From: Takakia lepidozioides | Taxonomy: Eukaryota; Plantae; Bryophyta | Assembly (NCBI GenBank): GCA_030704615.1 | Contig: CM060733.1 | Coordinates: forward strand, 66,092,001-66,156,000 | Direction: 5' to 3' | DNA: 64,000 nucleotides | In this document: positions 53,688 to 64,000 of the stretch, piece by piece | How the letters are laid out: every line of letters begins with the position of its first letter | How positions within the stretch are numbered: the first letter of the stretch is position 1 | The notes under the pieces: generated by a model | Database searches by the model: none | What the model saw: only the letters and a program-made list of their open reading frames with translations | Told to the model about the DNA's origin: nothing | Program-made: the position numbers and the translations under genes

Positions 53688-54575
53688 TATTTATGCCTAA
53701 AAGGCTGGAAAAATAACATGAAAGTGCCTAATTCAGTAAATATTCTCTAAACTCTATTTAATTTCTATTGAATGAAAAAAAAAAACAAAACAAAACAAAA
53801 CTACATAAATATTCAAAAAATATATGCCAATTCCCTAGGTCCATACAACCTCAATAGGACCTTCCAATGAGTCCTGAACATCTTGCAAACGTTCATCATT
53901 GAATTCTTGATCACCATTTAAGTTAGGTATATCTGAGTCTTCGATGTGCACTGAAAACTAAATAAGCAAGAGTAGGTATGCACTCATTACCTTGTGTGAT
54001 GAGTGTGTTTGGGCCAGGGTTTAGCCTACGGGCTAAAAGCTGCGCCTGACCTTGGCTTGGCCCAGGCTGAGTTCCTCCACTGTTAGCCATCTCCACATCT
54101 GCGTCCGTACCGTGTACTGTACTCTCTGACCCCATCTCCATTAGAAAAGAGAGAGCACTGTTGCGAAGGACCTAGTTTTGTCTTGGGAAAGAAGAGGGAG
54201 GGGATGAAGGAGAGAGTTCCTTAAGATGAAAGGTGCCTAAACGTGAAGTATAGGCGCGCACCTTGGCAATGGACAAAGGAGGAATACAAGAATGTGATAG
54301 TCACCATAGGTACTGTCCGAATAGCAACTGGTTATGGGTCATCCCTCCGTATGAAATTCAACGAAGACGGGAGTCCATGGTTTGAAGTCTCATGACTACC
54401 ACAATATTTTGCAAGACATCTTGCCGCCACGCTTCTGACAGCCAACTCCCAAAATGTGCTCTCCTGACACACTGCTACTAACGTTACATGTGCTCCACAA
54501 GGAGTACCCTGCTCCATTTAGGGTAACCAGTAAAATAATGGTGGGTGGGACTTTCGATTAGAGAGGGCAAGAAGA

Positions 54576-55035
54576 TGTAAAGAAGGATACGGAAATAGTG
54601 TTTATGTCATGGTTTTGTTTGTGATTAGTTAGAAATAATTATTTCTAGCTAATTAGGACTTTCTACATTTATATTTGTATTTTGTTGGAAATTGGGACTT
54701 CATTTGGTTCCATGTGCCAAGTGAAGTGACAAACCTTACTTGGGATGTGGAGAGGCTTATCTCCACGTGATGTGTAGGAAGACTCGTCTTCTTCTAGCAG
54801 AGCCTTCCAAGGCCTCTCTCGCCGCCATAGCTCTAGAGATGGAGTGTGGGTAAGGTCAGTATGGTGGAGTCCTTTACCATTGGCTTGACTTATATAACGT
54901 GATAGAGTGGGTTCATCTTTTCTCACCATTTCCGTATCACTGGAAGAAGACCTGCTTACATCTATGAGTGCAAGGTGTTAGCATAGTTAGCACTTGTGTA
55001 TTAAAGATAGCTTGGTAGATAGCGTCTGTGTTACA
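54576..55035 (+). mobile_element. Candidate LTR of another retroelement
   Basis: Purine tract agagagggcaagaaga then tgtaa...ttaca, with internal tatataa. No partner LTR in the window. Confidence 0.4.
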
Positions 55036-56249
55036 AGGTGTTGCAGGATTTGCAAAGAAAAGTCGTTGTGGTGTTTATGCACATGTGGAGGTCTTCAAGA
55101 AGAGCTCTAGTGCAAAGTTAGAGAGCTAGCGAAGCTAGTTCTTGTTCTGCTTGCAAGGTTTCAGGAGTTCAAGAAGAGCTCGGGTATTAACCAAGCAAGC
55201 GGTGCATGTGTGGAGCATACTTTCAGCCTGTGGGAGCCTTCAACTTCAAGCTTAGGAGAGCTAGGAGTGAAGAGAGAGATCTGATTTCTCTTTTGTGCAA
55301 GATTTGTAGAGCATACTTTGATTTCGGGTTTCAATCTCAAGCTTGGGAAGAGCATGTCTATGAAAATGGCAAATGCAAGCTGGAAGAGGAGCTTTAAGGG
55401 GTGCACTATGGCCATGGAAGAGAGTACCATGAGTGCATACAATGGCTAGAAGAGGGTATGCCATTGAAAGCTCAATAGCTTGTTCTATGCTTGTTTCAAT
55501 GAGTTCCGTGGAGAAATAGAACTTATTGTGTGGCAAATAGCTTGCTCAGGGAGTTAGAGGCACTCTTGGTGGTCCATTGATGCCCAAGAAACCAAGAACA
55601 GTACCTCTGGTTGCTCCATAGAAGCCATAGCTCGTTGGCAGCAATCGCAGAGCCAAAGCGGCGCAAACCCTAGCTTGGGAACGCGTGGGAACATTGCCCA
55701 GGGTTGGGAGCTGCAGTGAGTAAAACTGCACCAACGGATGAAATCGTGGAAGCGGATGAAATATCGCGCCTTTGGATGACAAATCATGGCAGCGTATGAA
55801 AATATGTCAGCGGATGAAATCGTGGCAACGGATGAACTATCGCTTGCATCAGCTTGTTTGTTAGCTTCCCTAGTGAGAGTGGCAAGGAGATTGCGAACGG
55901 ATCTGGGTGTAGGTGGATCTAGAACAGGGTGTATGAACCAAAATGGGTGAGTGTGGGCAATGTGAATAGGGTCATTAGAGGGGATCACAGGAGGTTGGGC
56001 AGTGCCAGCTTGAGATACATTCATCCATATACCATTCGTCGAACATCCTTTCATCCCCCATTCATCCATCGTTCATCCATAACGATGAATGACGTATGCA
56101 TGATATACTTGACACAACCCGCAGTAATAGGTCCTCTAGGCCGAATAGGTGTCCGCGGTTATAGGTAAGCACATGCAGATCCGTGAGCAGAATTCTGTTC
56201 ACGGAATTTTCTGCTCACGGAATCTGCTCACGGTTTAGCAATCCCCGGT

Positions 56250-57117
56250 TTAAAGCATCAAAGATGGATTGTAATCACCTAGTTCGGGGGGTCTTGTCTC
56301 AAGTACTTGGTCAGTATCTTGGGAATCTGGTATGCTTGTATGCTCCAACACTGCCTGAATTGCAGGGATCGTAGTGGGCAGTGGGTACTGGTATCCCAAA
56401 TTCTGCATCTCGTCAATCCACTCCGGGTTGGTCATGATGGACTTCTGTAAAAAAGGAATGTTAGTGTGTTCTCTTGGATACAAACCACATTACAGGGTAT
56501 GCTGGAAGTTCAGCACGATAGTCAATGGATAGTGTATGCAGAAACCACTAAGCATACTAGACAAGGAGAGAGGGAAGATACTTTTTGTCATGTCAAGACA
56601 AAGACAGGACCCCTAGGGTCGTTGTCATGAAAGAATAATCAGACATGTTAGCCACTTAACAGTGGCACCATCCATCAATCATCAAGCTTAGAAAATCCAA
56701 AATTACATCCATGCATAGTAATGTGTTCTGGCAGTATTATTCATAACCCAAGGACTATTCCACTGATGTTGATTGACCACCAGTCACGATCATGATACAC
56801 ATTCAGAGGTCTGGGTGGGATGGCGGGTTCTTGGCCATATTTTGGCCTTGATGTGTTGCAGGTCAAATGGTCATACAGATTTACTGTCCGCAAGCTGTAA
56901 TCCAAGCATACTTACTCAAACCCCATGGGTGTCATGGAGGGTTTTTTTCAGAAAGCAAAAAGAACAAAAAGAACACTTGGACATCACATATTTAAATACC
57001 TTGCCCTGCCAGTATTTGTTTAGACTGGTCTGCAGCACAGCTTGCCCCCACAGGGGAGGTGGATATGTCTGGTAAGTTTTCCAGAATACCCCTATACCTT
57101 TATTTCTTGCTACAGCT
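56250..57117 (-). pseudogene. Unknown multi-exon gene relic
   Basis: ag/gt-bounded exon-like segments (VARNKGIGVFWKTYQTYPPPLWGQAVLQTSLNKYWQGK; KSIMTNPEWIDEMQNLGYQYPLP). Confidence 0.35.
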
Positions 57118-57195
57118 GAAAATCAAAGTTCATGACCCAACAAGGTAAAGATAAAGGACTGCATACACATCATGTGACAATATATAATACTGTCA

Positions 57196-57572
57196 GTACA
57201 CCCTATTCACATCATTCCACATTTGATCATGTCATTACACCATGTCCAGGGGGTATTTCCACTTGACCACCTTGGCTGCCTCAAAAACCAGTTACCAGTT
57301 ATATATTGCTACCATATTTCATTGTCAGCGGAATATCCATAGGCAGAATCTTCACCATACCCTGGCCTAAGCATCTAGCTAACAAAGCCATCCGGGTTGG
57401 AACATAACAGGGGCCAACATGGGTACCCGAATAGCTGCAACAAACAGTTCCTTGCAGCCTCTCAAATTGTTTCCAACTACCATAAGGTAAGCAAAGCAAA
57501 CTAAAGCTTGGAAAACAGATGTGTGTCTCTCACACAAACCATCATAAACTCGGCTGTCACAACAAAGCAGAG
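57196..57572 (+). repeat. Direct duplicate of 60796-61175
   Basis: About 375 bp, high identity with a few substitutions and small indels. Joins array block 3 at cagag|gtgaattg. Confidence 0.92.
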
Positions 57573-59253
57573 GTGAATTGAACATGAAAGACTGGCCCTG
57601 TGTGGCATTTTTTGACATCAGAAAACAACCAAAAAGGGGGGGCACAAACGGTGTACGTTGCCGCACACTATTTCGTGCTTTCAATTAGGGGTGTATTGAA
57701 CATGACACACTGGCCCTGTGTGGCATATTTTGACATCAAAAAACAAACAAAGAGGGGGGCACAAACAGTGTGCGTTGCCGCACACTCTTTCGTGCTTCCA
57801 ATTAGGGGTGTTTTCAACATGACAGACTGGCCCTGTGTGGTCCATTTTCAAATCAAAAAACAAGCAAACAGGGGGGGCACAAACAGTGCGCGTTGCCGCA
57901 CACTGTTTCGTGCTTCCGATTAGGGGTATTTTGAACATGACAGACTGGTCATGTGTAGCCCATTTTCAAATCAAAAAACAAGCAAAGAGGGGGGCACAAA
58001 CAGTGTGCGGCAACGCACACTGTTTCGTGCTTCCAATTAGGGGTGTTTTGAACATGACATACTGGCTATGTGTGGCCCATTTTCACATCATAAACAAACA
58101 AAGCAAGGGGGGCACAAACAGTGTGCGTTGCCGCACACTGTTTCGTGCTTCCATCTAGGTGTGAATTGAACATGACATACTGGCCCTGTGTGGCATTTTT
58201 TGACATCAGAAAACAACCAAAAAGGGGGGCACAAACAGTGTGCGGCAACGCACACTGTTTCGTGCTTTCAATTAGGGGTGTATTGAACATGACAGACTGG
58301 CCCTGTGTGGCACATTTTGACATCAAAAAATAAACAAAGAGGGGGGCACAAACAGTGTGCGTTGCCGTACACTGTTTTGTGCTTCCAATTAGGGGTGTTT
58401 TCAACAAGACAGACAGGCCCTGTGTGGCCCATTTTCAAATCAAAAAACAAGCAAAGAGGGGGGCACAAACAGTGTGCGTTGCCGCACACTGTTTCGTGCT
58501 TCCGATTAGGGGTGTTTTGAACATGACAGACTGGCCATGTGTGGCCCATTTTCAAATCAAAAAACAAGCAAAGAGGGGGGCACAAACAGTGTGCGGCAAC
58601 GCACACTATTTCGTGCTTCCAATTAGGGGTGTTTTGAACATGACATACTGGCCATGTGTGGCCCATTTTCACATCATAAACAAACAAAGCAAGGGGGCAC
58701 AAACAGTGTGCGTTGCCGCACACTGTTTCGTGCTTCCATCTAGGTGTGATTTGAACATGGTAGACTGGCCCTGTGTGGCACATTTTGACATCAAAAAACA
58801 AACAAAGAGGGGGGCACAAACATGCGTTGCCGCACACTGTTTCGTGCCTCCAATTAGGGGTGTTTTGAACATGCCAGACTGCCCATGTGTGGCCCATTTT
58901 CACATCAAAAAACAAGCAAAGAGGGGGGGCACAAACAGTGTGCGTTGCTGCACACTGTTTCGTGCTTCCATCTAGGTGTGATTTGAACATGACAGACTGG
59001 CCCTGTGTGGCATTTTTTGACATCAGAAAACAACCAAAAAGGGGGGCACAAACAGTGTGCGTTGCCGCACATTGTTTTGTGCTTTCAATTAGGGGTGTAT
59101 TGAACATTGGCCCTGTGTGGCACATTTTGACATCAAAAAACAAACAAAGAGGGGGGCAGAAACAGTGTGCGTTGCCGCACACTGTTTTGTGCTTCCAATT
59201 AAGGGTGTTTTGAACATGACAGACTAGCCCTGTGTGGCCCATTTTCAAATCAA
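57573..59253 (-). repeat. 117-bp tandem array, block 3 (14 units, 5-mer higher-order structure)
   Basis: Same unit and orientation as block 2; period of about 585-588 bp (57573, 58161, 58746). Confidence 0.97.
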
Positions 59254-59901
59254 TTGTTCATGGGTATTTGGATGGATCCGCAGTCTTTTACGTTTCTTCT
59301 AGGGATTCCAGAGGCAAAGAGCTCCTTGTGGATGAGTCAATCGTGGACTCTTGGGATCCCATTTGGAGACAGGTGAACGAATCCTTTGAACTTCTTCTCT
59401 CCAGGAAACCTTCGACCCAAGCATTCTCAGGGAAGATGTTTCACATATGGGATGACAACCACCGGTTGCTTGCATGGATGGCTGTCATTGGGAGGCTGCA
59501 CTCACATGAGGAAGAGTGGCATTACTGTGTTCGAACGATGGTGCTGGATTGTGACGGGAACATGATGGGTCTTCTAATGGCAATGAATGATGTGAACGGG
59601 TTGGTTTCTCATTCTACATGTTCCAGTTGTGGTTCCGTGGTTCCTTGGTTCCAGTCCTCTGTTGTCGGTTCTTGAATTTCATTCTGACTTTCACACGTCA
59701 TTCTGCAGAGGGACGGAGACATCACATGTCAAAACAAGTCTGGTTCACACACTGTACAGGATACAGATGATCGGCCAAATGCCCTTGACCAATTTCAAAA
59801 CCATCCTTTCAGCAGAGATGTACAAGAAGTGCGAAAGCTCCAAGACATCAGAAACATGGTACTCGTTGACCCGTGAGGCTTTCATGGAGTATATGTACGC
59901 G
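59254..59901 (+). pseudogene. ParB/Srx-like protein, core part (2 exons)
   Basis: VHGYLDGSAVFYVS...KMFHIWDDNHRLLAW (DGNHR-like with G>D)...MNDVN, then intron about 59601-59708, then TETSHVKTSLVHTLYRI. Confidence 0.7.
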
Positions 59902-60213
59902 GTGAGATACATCTTTCATCATCTGGCCTTTCGATATTCCTACTTCCAGATCTTTGTTTCTGTTTGTTTCCATTGCCCTTGTGTTGATGCAATTGTCGTG
60001 CATTACTTTATGTACCTGCAGGCACAGAGACAGCCTCTTTATGCAATGCAACTATGTCTCCCAGCTTTTCTACCACATCACGAAGACCCCCCAAAAGAGT
60101 ATGCGGCACCGCACATTGCAACCACCGCACACAAAATAGACTGAAGGGCCCAGGGTGTGCACGCTGGTGTTACTACACACGGATAGAACAAATGAGTGTG
60201 CGGCACCGCACAC

Positions 60214-61233
60214 TCATATGAGCCAGCACAAAACAGGTTGGATGGAGAAGAGTGTGTCTTTGCAAATCAAAGAAGCATAGTCCATTTCGCACCTGTGAAG
60301 GCATCGTTTCCAGGCTTCCTCTCCTTTCTCTTGCTGGTCAAGCTCATTTGTTCGACTGATGCCACCCTCCTTGTTGAACTCCCTGAAGAAACAAGATTGC
60401 CACACTGTGGCTCTCCATTTCCACATGTATGCTTGGAAGGAGACCTTCGGTGCTGTCATGGTGATGCCATAGTCAGCCAGCTGCGTATGTAGAACAGACT
60501 GGGCCATTTTCTCCAACTGCAAAACAATTCGAATGCAAGAATGAACCAGAAAACAATCAAAGCCACTGTAACATGGAATGAGAACGACAGAAATGCGAAA
60601 AGAAAGTGACACAGCAAAGGACATCATACCTGGCTCCAGTAAGTGGCCTTGTGAAGCCATGTGTCCAATCATATTGTCACTGACAGGAATGACACGCTGG
60701 GTCTTCTTCTCTTTCTCCGGCCTGGGGAACATGTGGATATCCCTAACAGTGGGATCGGAGTTCCATATCTGTAGCCACTTCACATTCTGTTCTGAAGTAC
60801 CCTATTCACATCATTCCACATTTGACCATGTCATTACACCATGTCCAGGGGGTATTTCCACTTGACCACCCTGGCTGCCTCAAAAAACCAGTTACCAGTT
60901 ATATATTGCTACCATATTTCATTGTCAGCCGAATATCCACATGCAGAATCTTCACCATACCCTGGCCTAAGCATCTAGCTAACAAAGCCATATTCCGGGT
61001 TGGAACATAACAGGGGCCAACATGGGTACCCGAATAGCTGCAACAAACAGTTCCTTGCAGCCTCTCAAATTGTTTCCAACTACCATAAGGTAAGCAAAGC
61101 AAACTAGGGCCTGGAAAACAGATGTGTGTCTCTCACACAAGCCATCATAAACCCGGCTGTCACAACAAAGCAGAGCTGTCACAACAAGCCTCTTCCTCTG
61201 GCTGGGCCGAAAATAGCCCATCGTAGAAAGCAT
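60214..61233 (-). pseudogene. Unknown multi-exon gene relic convergent with the ParB-like gene
   Basis: Protein-like segments (KWLQIWNSDPTVRD.., LEKMAQSVLHTQLADYG..WKWRATVWQ) with splice signals and stops. Confidence 0.4.
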
Positions 61234-62487
61234 TACACTTGTTCTTCAAAAATAAAGGAAGGAAAGAGGTAGGATCAAGAAAAACCATAGAGTAGTTTAG
61301 TTTTTCAACATTTTAAGATGAGTCGTTGGCAAGCGATTCCTTCCCCTGCTCTGCAATCCCACTTGGCATCCAGCAGCACCTAGACATCAGAATATTAAGT
61401 GGAAGCCCTCACCTGTGCCCGTCCCAAAAACAACCACAACGCATTGTGAGTTAGTGAGGATGCACGAGGTGAGTAGCAGGCTTTCACACTTGTTGTCGAG
61501 GTCAAATACACTTCAATCTAAGTGCAGAGAATGCCAAAGAAAGCAGGGAAGCAAGACAAACAGAAAAAGAACATTTTTTACTGTTTGGGGGAGAGTTGCC
61601 ATCTCTCCACAAGCCTAACCGTGCAGGGAGGTCTCCGCCAGCTTCACAACATTGCTACCTTAACCAAAGCAAAGTCTTGCCAAGCACAAGAAAAAAGAGC
61701 TTGGTCTCAAAAGGTAGGGTTTATAAAGGGAGGGAGAGAGACTTCCTTGTTCTACCAAGACGCCGCCATTCATCAAAGATCCAGAGGAGGGCTCCTAGGG
61801 AAACGTCATAAGCATGCAGGTGGTACCTCCACCATCATTGCCGCGGTTCCCTTGTGCAGCAAAAAAATAGACAAATGAGACAGTGAATCTTCCCTCATCT
61901 CTAAGCCACCGCCATCGCCTTAAAGAGCGCCACCTAGGCGGCGCCACAGGAGCCATAAATACTCAAGGATTGGCAGCTCAAGGTATATGCAGCACGAGCA
62001 CCATCGCTCCTCCCAAGCCGCCATCGTGGGCGCTCTCGCAGCGCAAAAAGAAAAACATTAGGGTTGCGCAGGGTTTCCCCTATCTGGTCCGTCATTCATC
62101 CTTCTCAAGATGAAAAACATCCGCCAGCGTGTACGCCCGACGGACGTTGACCGTTTCTCATTCGCGGAAGATGAAAGACATCGTGCATTCATCCTGTCTT
62201 GAACTCGACGGATGCAGTCCGCATTTCATCCAGGTTAGATGAAAAAACATCGGGGGTTTAAAACAACTTTTTTATATCTGTCTTGCCCTATATTTAGGTC
62301 TTGTCAGATGAAGTCATTTTTTCATCCAGGAGATTGAAAAAAAAATTTAAAAAAAAACTGACGGGAGTTTTGTAACTCCCAGGTATTTAGTGAAGAAATG
62401 TTTCACTAAGGAAAAATTTGTATTTTGGATGAAAAACATCCAAAATTAATTTTTGCCAATGCACCTAACATCGGGTCGACGGCAAAG

Positions 62488-64000
62488 ATGGGTAGCATAG
62501 AGGAAACGCCGCCGGGTGTGTAGGTGAGTTCCACGCATGCCACGCAAAAGGCTGCGAGGACCGGTCCAGCAAGTGTCAACAAGCCTCCTGACATTGTTCT
62601 GTTGAGAAGCCGGACGGCCGCCATGCGACAGTCTGCTCAATCCAACCCGTCTACAGCACCTTCTGTTCCCCAAAGTAGAGGCAAAGCGAAGAAGCGAGAT
62701 GTCCTGGACCTGGCCGAAGAAGTTGGGGAGGGTCCTGCTCCCAAGAAAAGTGGTCCCAAGGAAAAGTCCGGTGTGTTTATGAACAAGGACCGCAAACTGG
62801 TTTTCGAGATGGATAAGGAAGTCATTCTTTGCCGCGAGATCCAGCAATGAGTAGTGTTTGTTGGTCTATTTTGTCTCTTCTTTTTGTGAGTTTACTGAGT
62901 CTGCTCAACCCGGTCTCCTGTACACAGTCTCCTACTCTTCTCTGTCTTCTCATACTTTTTGGTCTGCTCAGTCATCTCAGTCTGCTCGGTCTGCTCAGTC
63001 CGGTCTCCTGTACACAGTCTCCTATTCTTGTCGGTCTTCTCTGTCTTCTCATACTTTTTGGTCTGCTCAATCATCTCAGTCTGCTCGGTCTGCTTAGTCT
63101 TCTCGTCTATCTGACAAATACAGGGGCCTTACCTCCGTCTGCTCTGGTCGGTGCAGATTGACTTCTCGGTTTGATAAACTACATCGTAATGAAGTGGATG
63201 TCGGTGGTTCCATGTTGCACTTTTATAAGGGGGACCCACGTTTTGAATGCAGAGTTGACCATGATGACCTGAAGGCAATTAACAAGGTTGAGTCCGAGTG
63301 CACGGATAGACTGCTAGAGCTATGGTGTCGCTTCTATGAAAAGTCGGCTGACTCGAAGGTGGTTGCTCTTCTGCCAGCGTGGACATGGGCGGTGATGAAG
63401 CTCCACTGGGAGGGGCCACGCGAAAGACTAGTGGATAACCTTCATGTTGCCTTCAGCAGCTTGCGGCCCATGACAAGGACCTAAAAGACCGCGAGTTTAT
63501 TTTGGCTCCGATTGGTGAAGAGTAAGAACTCGCCTACCCTGTCTGTTCAGTCTGTTCAGTCCGCTCAGTCCGCTCAGTCTTCTAGACTGTGTACAAGACC
63601 CAGTGTGTTGGGCGTGAGTGGACTGGACAGAAGACTGGTGAGGGTGTCTGGATAGTTTGAGTCCTATGGAGTATGCTGAGTCTGTTGGCACTACTTGGTC
63701 TGGGACCAGTATGCACCTTTCGTGACGTAATGTTGCTTGATACCCATTGTAGGGGCCACTGGAGTCTTCTATGCATCGACCTTCGGAAAGGGTCCTACAC
63801 TCACCTGAACTCTATCAAGAGACTGCATCGTGCTCTCATTATGCCATGGATTCGGAGGCTACATGCCGAGTGCTTGGGCTATTCGCAGTTGGCTCCATAG
63901 TGGCAGGAGGTTGTTTGTGCATTTCAATTACACCAGCCCGAAGTGCAAGAACAACCATTCAGTTGGGAATGTGGTTTTTACGTCATGTCATTCATTCAAG
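62488..64000 (+). pseudogene. Ulp1-like (C48) SUMO protease, transposon-associated, runs off the window
   Basis: FILAPI..GHWSLLCIDL..THLNSI..QEQPFSWECGFYVM (H, D/N, Q, C order). Repeat-filled introns; stops at 62521, 63482 and 63898. Confidence 0.85.

Noticed and set aside
58268-59248. Cys/His-rich 39-aa repeat proteins in the arrays
   Set aside because: ORFs are open in several frames and on both strands because the unit is 117 bp; homopolymer indels shift frames freely, so there is no sign of coding constraint.
33340-59253. 117-bp palindrome arrays as CRISPR arrays
   Set aside because: The intervening sequences are homologous to each other rather than unique spacers; eukaryotic context and no cas genes.
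4168-63699. 15-bp inverted match (ttggcactacttggt) as TIRs of a 60-kb element
   Set aside because: A match this short is expected by chance in 64 kb, and the right copy lies inside a Ulp1 intron.

Overview
Eukaryotic nuclear DNA, most likely from a seed-free land plant (hornwort, lycophyte or fern type; inferred from the PLS-class PPR relics, a LIN-like relic and bryophyte-type gypsy and Mutator elements). Only one clearly intact host gene is present: an 11-exon SERINC gene (13493-21571, +). Its last intron holds three antisense LINE copies inserted side by side at one GA microsatellite. The first 12 kb holds gene-fragment chimeras (PPR/xanthine dehydrogenase, LIN-like WD40) and a decayed MULE-SWIM transposase. 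24-26.6 kb is a nest of small elements: a TTAA piggyBac-like MITE, a hAT MITE and a tRNA-derived SINE. From about 28 kb to the end lies a decayed, rearranged multi-gene Mutator-like region. It contains a GCM-like/DDE/SWIM transposase, a ParB/Srx-like gene, a stand-alone SWIM ORF, orphan genes and a Ulp1-like protease. It also carries about 33 copies of a 117-bp repeat built around a 28-bp hairpin whose loop occurs in both orientations. A roughly 25-kb inversion (34087-59253) splits the ParB-like gene; undoing it puts the palindrome array inside that gene's intron. Nested within is a Ty3/gypsy element with an approximately 1000-aa insert between RNase H and integrase and an inverted partial LTR. 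The best candidate for an undescribed system is the transposon-borne ParB-like protein plus palindrome array. All family assignments come from motif recognition by eye; no database searches were run.
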